Of a stretch of 64,000 bases of DNA, positions 13,320 to 23,900 are shown piece by piece. Each line of letters starts with the position of its first letter. Positions within the stretch are counted from its first letter, which is position 1. Below the pieces are notes generated by a model. It saw only the letters and a list, made by a program, of their open reading frames with translations. It was not told the DNA's origin and did not search any database. Position numbers and translations under genes: made by a program. Source of the DNA: Takakia lepidozioides (taxonomy: Eukaryota > Plantae > Bryophyta); assembly GCA_030704615.1 (NCBI GenBank), contig CM060732.1, forward strand, positions 13,578,001 to 13,642,000. The letters are read 5' to 3'.

Positions 13320-16300
13320 ATGACGAGACGTCGTTTGTTGGAGAACACAGGGCCAAGGCAGCAGGTGAACGCGGAGACTGATTCACAAGAGCAGACGGAG
13401 ACTGAGGCAGCGGCTGCGACACAGTCGGCGATAAGAGTGCGCCAGCCTGTGGAGGCAGAGATGATCTGCAGGGACACTGAAGAAGGTGGAAGCACGCGGA
13501 ACGCCGAACCTGGAGAAGGTCAAGAAACCCTTGCGCAGACAGAAACTCCAGCAGATGTGAGAGGGAAGAGGAAAGCTGCAGAAGGGGATCAAATTTCAAA
13601 ACCTAAGAAGGTGCCAGTAAGTTTTATCATATAGTCTGTTTGATTGCCTTTCAAGGAGTCCTTCCTCTTCCATTCTTTAGCAGGAACTACTGAATCGCGA
13701 GCGTCGTTAACGCCATTCGATTCTCCTCATGAGATTTATGTACCTATGTGTTTGAAGAGAGAGTCTGCACTTACTATTCTCCCTAAACTACACTGAATGT
13801 CGTTGCCGCCAATCAGTTGCACATGTATGTCATTACACAACACCGATCCGGCAGGTCGTTATCTTTTGTGATTGTCGTTAACGCCGTTCGCTATCGCTCT
13901 CGCTTTTGTTTTGAATACGGCAGTCTCGGCTTTGCATGTGTAGATTGTGCTGAATTCTTTCACACCATTCATGGTGAGTTTCCTTGATACAGAGTGATGG
14001 TCGTTACCGCCATTCACTATTTGCAAATCACTCAGTCAGAACTGAATGGCATCGTGCAGAAAACTGTGAGGTCGAAGCCTACAGGATCAGAGGGGAAAGG
14101 ATCTGGAGATGGGGACAAGTCCGCAAAAAGCTCAGAGAATACAGATGAAGCAGATGAATCCGAAGTGCACTACCTGACAAGGTGAAAGAACTCATGTCAT
14201 TCCAGAAGGTAAACTCTCAGGAGGTTATAAGGGACATGCTCGTATCTGGAGGGCGTCTGGACATACCTCTGTGCCGGATGATATCAATGCCTGTTGTGCG
14301 TCCACCTCTTTCCCATGACATAACAAAATTGGAGAGTGATTTTGTGCATGGATATAGACTTGGTGCACAAGTTTTTTATGTGTCACTGACGGATATAAAT
14401 GGGAAAAGCACATTAGTGTCTCCAGAGATCAGTGATAACTGGGATGAGTGCTGGAAAGATGCCAATGAGGAGTTCGAGCTGGGCCTCATGATGGGAAAGA
14501 ACACCCAGCAATTCTGCAACCACATGTTCTACGTCTGGGACGGCAACCACCGATTGCTGGCATGGATGGGATACATTCAGAAACACCATTCGAAAGACAA
14601 AGACAAGCATGTTGCTGTGGAGGCAATGGTTTTGGATCCAGGAAACGACATCGCTAGGCTTCTTACAGCTATGCACGACGTGAACAAGTAAGTCATCCAG
14701 GAGATTTCATTCCCTCTGTAGTGTCTTGTTAATCCTCAAAAAACAGTGTTAAGGAATGCAATGTTTCCAATGTTTTGCAGATCGACAGAGAAATCGCATG
14801 TGACAACAAGCTTGGTTCACACACTATTCCGAATTCAGAGGATTGGTCTGATGAAGCTGGATGATTTTCGGACAGTACTACCACCCAATATCATCAAGAA
14901 GTGCGAAACAGGAAGAGCTGCAGGCACTTGGTATTCTTTGACACGAGAGGCGTTTCTGGAGTACATGTATGCGGTAAGCCCGAGTCTGTAATCTGTTTAC
15001 TTTTCGAATACATGTTTGTAGTCCCTTCGGAGCTAATCACTACTTGAATGAATGCAGCAAGAACTGGCAGAGGCAGCTGAGAAGGGAAAATCCGAATATT
15101 ACCGCACTACACCAGAAGAACTAAGGACATCAAAGGGTGTGGAAGCTGCAATAAAGAAGGAGTTTGAAATGCGAAGAACCAAATTGATGTCAGCCTTCGG
15201 AAAGCAGCTTAGAATAGTAGATCCTGGACTTGGTCCTGAGTTCCTTCAGCAGATCAAAACACACTATGACAAGCATGTGCATCCGGAGATGCAGCAGGAG
15301 AAATTGCACCGGCTGGCCATATCGATGGTCGACCACAAACAAAAATAAGGTGGCTGGAGATATGGAACTCAGATCAAACAGTAAAGGACTTGAATCAGTT
15401 CCCAAAGAGCACCATACAGCCTGGCACAAAGGTGGAAGGAATCAGTGATTTGGTGTTTGATAACTGGCTCCACAAGGCTACATTTTGGAGTCAGGTGTGT
15501 ATTCGAACATGCTGTTTCTTCTCTTCAAGTATGTGATGTGTATCTTTTTTGCAATTCTGACAAATATACTATTTGCAGCTCGAAAAGCGCGCCGTCATTG
15601 TGCTGGATCAGACTTTGAAGGACCTGAACATTGCGATTGTTTCCCCTCCCCAAATGTCATTGGAGGCATACATAAGGAAGTGGAGAGGTCTCACCTGGAG
15701 ATACTGTTTTTTCCGGGAGTTCTCCAAAGATGGTAACATTTTACGGTCCAACGACTTTGACAGTCAGGTTGGAGGAGAGTGGGCCATGATGCGAGTTGTG
15801 TACAGGTGCAATGTCATACTTGAAACTCTACTGTTTTTTTTGGGAAAAAATGTGGCTTCATATGGATTGCAATCTTAGATCCAGATTGAATGTCGTTGAC
15901 GACATTCACTTCTTTGTCTGAGTCATTCTTAAGCGAGTATATGAATTCACCTGGTTAGGATCTAAGGGTGCAATTATATTGTCCCTGATTAGAATTGATA
16001 ATGTCCTTGAATGGCGTTGACGACATTCACATACGGAGTTGTTGAGAGGTCCTCAAAGTTATTTAAATTTTTGTAATGTCCATAGAGGTTACAGTGAGGG
16101 TTCCTCACTTCATTTTGCTGAATGTCAATGCAGACATTCAGTTGTTCTGCATTGTTTTTGCCTCTTGCGATGAATGTGGAGGCTTGATAAGCTCTGTTTT
16201 AAGAAATCCAAAGTGAATGTCGTTGACGACATTCACAGCTGTGTCTGTATTATTCAACAGCGACAAATTCAATTTACATGGATTGGGGAGCTAAGTAATT

Positions 16301-18630
16301 GGTTTCTTTTTTGTATTTTTGTGAATGGCGTTGACGCCATTCACATACAGTGATGTTGTGAGGTCCTCAGTGATAGGTTCGTTATGAATGTGCATTGAGT
16401 TTTCCTGGAGGGTTCCTTACTCAATTTTTTGATTTCCATCCTGTGATTTTGCTTCATTTAAGTAATAATTTGGCTTCATTCTTGAATGTCGTTGACGACA
16501 TTCACTTCTATGTCTGTGTCATTTCTAAACGATTATTTGCATTCACCTGGATTAGGATGTATTTACAGTGTCATTGAATGGAATGTTCTGAATGGCGTTG
16601 ACGACATTCATATCTGGAGCAGTAGTGTGGTCCTGAAAGGTCCTTGGAGCAGTTGTCAGAGCCATTTCAATCTATGTTTTATTCTTTCTGTTCTACTTGC
16701 ATCTTACTCACTGAGCGCTTTTGTGGGTTGGGATTATCTCCTTTTTTCAGGTACACGAAATATGTGCTTATGGAAGGAAATCACCTGAGCGGAATTCCCG
16801 ACTATCTTGACATGTGGTCGGACCCTGCAAACGATCCAACCATGTATACTGCAGGGATATTGAAGGACTGGAGTCCTTCTCACTTCAGAGACTGTGGGTG
16901 GTACCTTGACTGCCCACCTGAGCACACGACCTTTCAAGAACAGCATATGAAATACTTGAACAATAACGCTGAGATGCTGGCGCCTTTGACTGACGAAGAG
17001 TATCAACGAAACATAGCAACCTTGGCTGCCAAGGAGCCTGATGCTCAGGGAACGCCGCAGAAGGGAAAGAAGGCGGGCCGCAAACCAAAAGACAAGGCTG
17101 TTGATGTCATAGCCATCTCACCAGCAAAGCCAAAGGACAAAGACAAGTCCAAAGAGAAGGAAAAGGACAAGGGGAAGGAGAATGAAAAGGAGATGGAGAG
17201 TGGGCAGGACTTTACTGCTGGAAGATATACCCGCACTCTTCAGTGCGTGTTCGATGCCAAGCCACACCCTTCCCGTTCTGATTCAGCAGGAGAGATGAAA
17301 ATTGTTAATGAGGGTTGGCTTTCGATGATGCAGAGTCGAAACAGAGGATACACTGGGGTGCCATCCCCTACCTGGGACAATATAATCTCATTCCTCAATC
17401 TGGTGAGAATTCCAGTTTCTTTCCTTTTTCTCTGAAAGTTTCGTTGGCAGTATTTCAGTCTCGTTCTTTGAAAACATTCTTGCCATCGTTCTTATAAAAA
17501 ACATGTCTGTTGCAGGTGAGCACAGGTCCCACCTTCGTGTGCGGTGTGCAGAAAACTTATGCGGCCGACATTGTCATTCTCGACATCCCGGATGGCCAGG
17601 CTGTGCCAGAAGTTCTTCCAAAGGGCAAGACGCCAGGCTGGAACAAATTCGAGGACAACTACTGGAGTTGGGGTGTTCGGGTTCTGTAACAATTTCCTCT
17701 CTGATGCAGGGACACTTATGCTTTTTCAGTCATGTGACAATGATAGTCGTCGGGCATTGGCATCATACCTCAAGTCTTCAGGGTTTGAAGTTTTGCGCAC
17801 ATGGAATTGTGTGAACAGCCTCTACCTTGTGAAAGGGGGTTTCCCTGGTCAGCTGGTATGCCGTCTCCTTCTGCTTGTGCTTTGATCATGAGTTTCAATT
17901 TCTCTGCAGCTCCACTCTAGTAGAATGTTTTATGATCGACACCGATCATCAACGATTCATGATTTTTTTGTGTCAGAGTTCTGAATAGCCGATGTACACA
18001 CTTCCACTATAGATTGTGTTTACCACACTAACCTGCTATCTTTGCCAGACGAGGATGTTCGAGGCGATCTGCCTGCGGAGGATTCGCACATCAAAGACAC
18101 CATCCTCCATCCGCAGCTTTGAGATTTCTGACCAGGGTTGTTTCGTCAACCCCCCCTATGAGCCCCATGTCGATGACATTTTGTACACTTCATGTCATGC
18201 AGTCCAGTCAGACTCTGAAGAGACCAGATGGCACTCCCTGGAGAGGTGCAAAGGAAAAGTCACCAGCATTCATGCAAATACTGCTGGAGTCATGCAGCCA
18301 CCGCACCGCTCTGCACGGGTGGTCGATCTTTCTGTGTCCACAGGTTCGTTTTTTCCCTTCCGAATTGGTTTCCTTTCAACAGTTTCATCTGCTTAAATCC
18401 CCCTCCCAACTGTTCATGTTCTCCTGTCTGGTGCAGGAGCAACTTACCACGCATGCAAGGCAGGCGGAAGAAGCCTTTTTGGCATGGAGGGTGATTCTGA
18501 CCTCTACAACACAGTGCTCCTCCCCCTTTTGTCTGGCTCCACTTCAGGCACACAGACTGATCGGATTCAAATTCGAAATGATGACGATCCCGAAGATAAG
18601 CAGGTCGACAACGACTTTTCATGTGAGTAA
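13320..18630 (+). CDS. Multi-exon ParB/Srx-like domain + beta-class DNA amino-methyltransferase-like fusion (about 5 frameshifts; pseudogene or assembly indels)
   Basis: GT-AG introns at ~13611/13617-14059, 14688-14780, 14974-15057, ~15494-15578, 15806-16750, 17403-17515, ~17857-18048 and 18344-18436. ParB-like: IPLCRMISMPVVRP..VWDGNHRLLAW. MTase motifs in order: ADIVILDIPDG (IV), FLSDAGTLMLF (VI), RGAKEKSPAFMQILLESCS (X), RVVDLSVSTG|ATYHACKAGGRSLFGMEGD (I-II). Confidence 0.8.
13699..14017. repeat. Degenerate copies of the 22-bp palindrome in cargo intron 1
   Basis: Variants at ~13699, 13794, 13869 and 13994 (for example TGAATGTCGTTGCCGCCAATCA and GTGATGGTCGTTACCGCCATTCAC). Confidence 0.7.
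15887..16610. repeat. Seven spaced copies of the palindrome TGAATG(T/G)CGT-TG-ACG(A/C)CATTCA in cargo intron 5
   Basis: Copies at 15887, 16008, 16119 (degenerate), 16214, 16322, 16483 and 16589, spaced ~95-160 bp apart. The sequence between copies is a diverged higher-order repeat. Confidence 0.9.
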
Positions 18631-19084
18631 GTGCTAAACCCTCTTTGGGAGTCATACTCAATTTCTCGATAACATCAAAGTTACAGTAATAACTTTTTCA
18701 GGCTGTCTTTCAGGAAAGGCAGCGGTGGATCTTCAGGAGATACAGTCATTTCTGGCGAGTCTGTTTTCGACAGCCCCCTTTCCAATTTTCTGCTTCCTGT
18801 TTATGCCGAAGCAATGGCACTTCACGCGGCCGAGTCCCTATCCCCTGACTTTTTAGTGGCCAGCCGTAGGTGTATCCAGCGTGGATCCGGTGTTCTAAAA
18901 TACTTAGACTTAGATGCAGAGGAAGAGGGGATACATTGTACTGACTCTGAGTCAGACTGAACTGTATTCTTTTAATATTCATTTTCATATTATCTGGAAA
19001 ACGTTGAATCCCCTTCCTCCACCGTAGTTGTTCCTTTAGAACAAATAATAATCACAGAATCAACTTTCGTTTAAATTGCTATAT

Positions 19085-19445
19085 GTATGAATCCATCTCA
19101 CAAACCTTCCTGACTCTTCTCATATCCATTGTGCATTCATCTACACTGTATTCATGCGTGCTCCATTCATGAAAGCTTCCTTTGTACAACATCCATTGTA
19201 CATTCATCCTCTGTACTCTTTAATCCACCCCACAAACCTTCCACACTCATTTCATATACTTTGTGCATTCGTCAAAAGATTTGGTCATGCATCTTCCTGT
19301 CATGAATTTTTGTCATTGCTCAACATCCATTATACATTCATCCATTTTACTCTTATCCATCCGTCATTCATCCATCTACATACATTTTTCACACTCATCC
19401 ATCTGTTTATCATCCAACTGTACATTCATCCATCCTTTATTCAAT
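19085..19445 (+). repeat. CATCC/CATTCATCC-rich low-complexity tract near the right end of element 1
   Basis: Many CATCCA/TTCATCC units within about 360 bp. Confidence 0.65.
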
Positions 19446-19594
19446 GCCTTTTATTATGTCGTCCAGCTTGTTTCACCGCGTAAAGGTGCCAATCCGCGGA
19501 ATACACTCCACTTCTTTCTGGGCGCGTGGTGACTCGGCCTTTCACGTGTGATGACGTGGACTGAGCCCCCGTGACGTGGCATTTGGCGCAGGTG

Positions 19595-19659
19595 ACGTGG
19601 CGTGAGCGCAGTTGCGCTCACGCGCTCACGTGACCAGGCTCACGCCGAGGCATCCCTGG
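19595..19659 (-). repeat. Right TIR of element 1
   Basis: Inverted, imperfect match to 8337-8400; immediately followed by the TSD. Confidence 0.85.
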
Positions 19660-20790
19660 ATAGTACACATGGGGATATCGTGCCAATACCATATCTGCAG
19701 TATTTTTCATGTTATCGTCATTGTCTGTGCATATTTGCACGATTCTATCACTTCCGACCTGTTCGATGAAGTCCGTCAATAGCTGACAAGGTATGACGTC
19801 TCCTGAAGGGAGCGTAACTTATGGTGTCTATTCACCACAAGGGCTACTGCCTTCCGGCTAAAAAGTGGACACCTTCATGACACACCACGCCGTGGTTTGA
19901 ACCCACAACCACATCCAACGTGGTATGTGCCCATTACCACTGGGCTACATGCTGGTTGTCCAATAGCTGACATGAATAACGTCCATCTTTCTTCTCGCCG
20001 CTAGTGTCCACCGATCCCAAGAATTGTTCCCCCGCTGGACATACAAGCATGACATTGAACAATGGTCTATTTGTAGCAAAACTCCAACCATCAGCACATA
20101 TAGTGCTTCCATATTTTCTGAGATACTCATCCGTCCTGTCGTTGACCTTTTGGGTAAGCTTTGTCATAGCGTCTTATAGCAATCATGTGCGGAGATTGTG
20201 ATAAGAAGGAGGACGTACGTGGATTTGGACTCCGAGGTTGCTCTAACGACAGAAAGAAATGTCGGAAGCCTTGCCACATTAAACCGTATGTTGGCCTCGA
20301 AGAAAAATTGCGCCCATTTTTTATCCAACTGCCTTTTCGCAGACAAGTTAAGACCTTCCCGCATGGATTGCTGCCATAATCCTCTACTCTCTCCTTTAAT
20401 GTAGGGTACAAAGAGGTGTTGAAGCAGGTGTTGCTTTGGCACAACCCACTTGTGCAAGAATACCTGAAGGCTCACAAGAGTCCCATTGGGTACTAATGGG
20501 GGCATCCTGACGGGAAGATGGAGTATTCTGCTCAGAGGTTGTGTCAAGATCCAGAGACATTGGAATATTGCCTCCACACTGGGCAAAGAGGGCTTTTATC
20601 CGCATAGATGCTTTAGGCCATAACCCACCCCGACGTTTTTCACACCTTTATAGCCGAGGTGAGCGAGCAGCCGATCCTTACGATAAGAAAACTTCAGTCC
20701 ACATAGGTTGCACTCAACACTGCCAGTGGCACTGACAGTGTTCGGGATTACCGTATACCAAGGGCACCATTCTCCCTCCATCTTCACCCA
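19660..20790 (-). pseudogene. hAT transposase, 5' part (BED-like finger and DUF659-like catalytic region)
   Basis: CNLCGLKFSYRKDRLLAHLG; WAQFFFEANIRFNVAR; TICADGWS..NRPLFNVM..FLGSVDTSGEKKD; IVQICTDNDDNM..RYPHVYY, which joins QGCATH on the other side of element 1. Confidence 0.88.
19789..19960 (-). mobile_element. tRNA-derived SINE, 172 bp, 12-bp TSD
   Basis: A-box TAGCCCAGTGG and B-box GGTTCAAACC on minus. CAATAGCTGACA is duplicated at 19777-19788 and 19961-19972. The insert interrupts hAT codons ..CQLL|TDFIEQ... Confidence 0.82.
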
Positions 20791-20961
20791 ATATCCACTC
20801 CCCTAGTGATGTAAGCAACAAAAAACAGTGACCTATATATGAACCTACAAATGTAGAGTGCAATGCGATGTCATGGCAGGCCGACGTCGCTCTGAATGTG
20901 GCATAGATTGCGGGCGCTTGCCTGGGGGTCCTGTGACAATCTGCAACACATTTTGCCCAAG

Positions 20962-23900
20962 TTTTTTTTTATTTCGTTATAAGATTTTTGTACACCATTG
21001 CCAACAAAGCGGAGGTATTGATCGTCTCCTTACAGAAGGTATTCAGGCCCTCGCTGTTTTGTTGTAATTAAGTAACAGGTCCAGTGGGCCAATGGCAGAA
21101 AGGCTCCAGTGCCTGTAGAAGACCTTGATCAAGGGCCAGATTTTGGCCGGAGCAATACAGGTAAGAAGGCAGTGCTTGTGGGTTTAAATGATCCCCGAGG
21201 AGCAGCATGCACACAATAGAGTTTCAAGGATTGCAACCCTTCACCTACTTTTAGGGCTCTGTTTGCCACCTGCCATAGAAACGCCGAGATCTTGGCGGGC
21301 CTAATTTTCAGCCAGATTGCTGACCAGTTCTCGTTGGAAAATCCAGAGTGACTCCATTTGCTATTCCACTTAGGGGAGAGGGCAAGCGGGTTGTTGAGCG
21401 CCCTATAGGCTTTCTTGGGGGGTATAGGTGAGAAGGGGTGATGGGGAGCGACCAAAGGCCCACTCCCACTCTTTGGGGTCCAACTGGAGGTCAGAAAGGG
21501 GTCTTCCCAAGATCCACACAAATGTGGATGCAGCAATCTAGGACAAGATAGGGACGGTCAGAGGTGGCTGTGGATCAAACTCTTTGATTTTAGACGACCA
21601 ATTGCAGATTCTCACCCGGGTATGAACGAACCGAGGGAAGAGGGATTGGGATTGAGAGACTAGGATTAGTGTGAGTGTTACGGGATTGATGTGGAAAGCG
21701 AACCCTGAGAAGTGCGTGTTCGTGACGTGAAGCCCCATTAGGATGATGAACCTGCTATTTATGACACCTAATGTCCAGAAGTTCGTGGAGGGGGGTAGAG
21801 GTCCAGCCTGCAGAGCCACGATCCAGTTTTGAGGTATGGAATTTATGACCCTATGAAGTCCCGCCTTGGCCCTGTTTGTTCCAACACAGGGGAGATGGTG
21901 TCGAGATGCAGGAAGCCTGCGGGCGACTATAGGTGCTTTAGCGGACTTATTGCCCTGTTGTCCCAAGCAAACCACCTTTTTGCTAGGGATTTTTCCATTG
22001 TTGTGGGCACGTGCGGTGTGTTCAAAAACAGATGTTGGGCGGAGGTTTTCCTCATACGAGTTGTGCTCTTTTTTGCAGAGAAATGGTCTGAGTGCAGCCC
22101 AAGCTTTCCAGATAACAGTCCATAGGGATGAGCCAACCATTTTATGCTTGAAACCTTGTGTGATCCAGCGAATGGAGGGTTGCCATCTAGAGGTCTTGAG
22201 GGGGCTTGCCATCATGAGATTTCCCACCACCAAAAACTTCCACCAGCCTCTTTCTGGGCCCAAGAATCTGGGCAGCCACTTACCAAGGAGGGCTGTGATC
22301 TGGGTTTCCGGGTCAAGCACCCCTAGTCCACCTAGTTTTTTTGGCTGGCAGATTTGTCTCCAGGAGACCTGTGGTCTGACCTTTTGCCCTGCCTTGCTAG
22401 CAACCCATATAAACTTCGCAAACAAAGCTTTGTATTCACGGATTTGCCTTTTGGATGGACGCCAAGATGGTGCATAGAACCATAGACCAGCCAAGATCAT
22501 CTGGTTGGCCACCAGTGCCCGACCTGTGATAGAGAGAAACTTAGAGCCCAAAAAAGTGAGATTCTTCTGATTTTGGATAAAATGGGTGTTCGTCAGTGAT
22601 ACCAACCCCATAGGTATATCCTAGCAGCGTTGTCGTCTAGCCAGGTTGTAGCCATGAGAGACCTAAGGCATGGCCCCAAGAGGGCACAAACCCCAGAAGG
22701 GATTTGGATGTGTCTCCAACGAGAATGGCACAAGTTTTGTTCCAGTTGACTTTGAAACCGGAGGCTTCACAGAAGGCAGCTAAAGTGGCTGAAGTTCTGT
22801 CTAGATTGGTTTGGCTTGCTTGAAGCATAAGGAAAGTGTCATCCACATACATGGATTCCCTGATATAGGCAGGCTGGTGAGTTATGTAACTAGTGATTCT
22901 AAGACCCAAAATCTGCCTGTCTGCCTGTAGCATGTATCCCAGCGTATCGGCCGCAATAGGAAAGGAGCCAGGGGGCAGCCCTGATGGACAGAACGATGAA
23001 GGTTGAATGGCTTTGACACGGAGCCATTGATAATTACCCTGCTAGTTGAGCCGCTCAGTAAAATGCAAACCCACTAGCAGAACGAGGGAGGCAAACCAAT
23101 CTTGGCCAGGGTGCCCATCAGGAAAGGCCATTCTACCCTATCAAACGCTTTTTCAGAGTCCAGTAGAATCAAGGCAATAGCCTGCTGGGTTTGAAGGTCG
23201 TACTGAGGAAGCTCTTGTGCTAGAAGAAGGTTATCCATAATGTATCTCCCTTTAATAAACCCAGATTGGCTTGGTCTGATGATTGAAGGAAGAAGAGGCT
23301 AAAGACGTAGAGCCAGCCCTTTGGCTATGATCTTTTATGCAACATTCAGTAGAGTTATGGGCTTGTAATTGCTTAAGTCAGTCCTGTCTCCCTTTTTGAA
23401 AAGCAGGGAGATGACACCTTGTGACATAGCTTCCGGCATATGGTTTGATTGGAAAATGTGGTTGGACATGGCCCAACAATCGGACAAGATGTCAAACCAG
23501 AGCTTTCTGTAAAATTCCACAGGGACACCATCTATCCCTGGACATTTCCCATCCTTCAGCTTAGACAAGGCCTGTTCAAGTTCTTCTTCCAAGAGAGGCC
23601 CTTCTAATGTCTCGGCCACAGGAGGGGATATGAGAACCGGAGAGTGTTCCAGGCAAGCATTAAGGGTGGCTGGAGCTGCGGGCATGTCACTTTGAAAGAG
23701 GGTTTGAAAATGGCTGGCAACAAATGTAGCCATAGGTTTGGGGTCTTTGAAAGACTCACCAGAGGCACGGTCAGCAAGTTCAAATATTGTCTGCCCTGCC
23801 TTTCTTAGCCTTGTTTTTGCAAAGAAGTACTTAGACATTTTTTCACCCTTGGATGACCAATTTATTCTTGCTGACAGCTTGAGCTTCTGCTCTTGCAGGT

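Larger units (their letters stand above)
8337..19659. mobile_element. Mutator-like (GCM-DDE-SWIM) DNA transposon, element 1, 11.3 kb, carrying a ParB-like/DNA-methyltransferase cargo gene
   Basis: Flanked by duplicated ATAGTACA (8329-8336 and 19660-19667; extendable to 10 bp GATAGTACAC). Removing the element restores the hAT reading ..RYPHVYYQGCATH... Imperfect TIRs and two divergent genes inside. Confidence 0.92.

Noticed and set aside
15887-16610. CRISPR-like array of palindromic repeats
   Set aside because: The spacers are long, irregular and similar to each other, there are no cas genes, and the array lies in a spliceosomal intron.
8338-19658. Element 1 interpreted with CA..TG ends and a 10-bp TSD, or as a hAT because of the 8-bp TSD
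   Set aside because: The 10-bp reading is formally possible, but the homologous element 2 shows 8 bp. The transposase has the MULE-type NxxE motif plus SWIM and lacks a hAT dimerization domain.
19860-19960. Functional tRNA gene
   Set aside because: A and B boxes are present, but there is no convincing cloverleaf and the unit is flanked by a TSD, so it was called a SINE.
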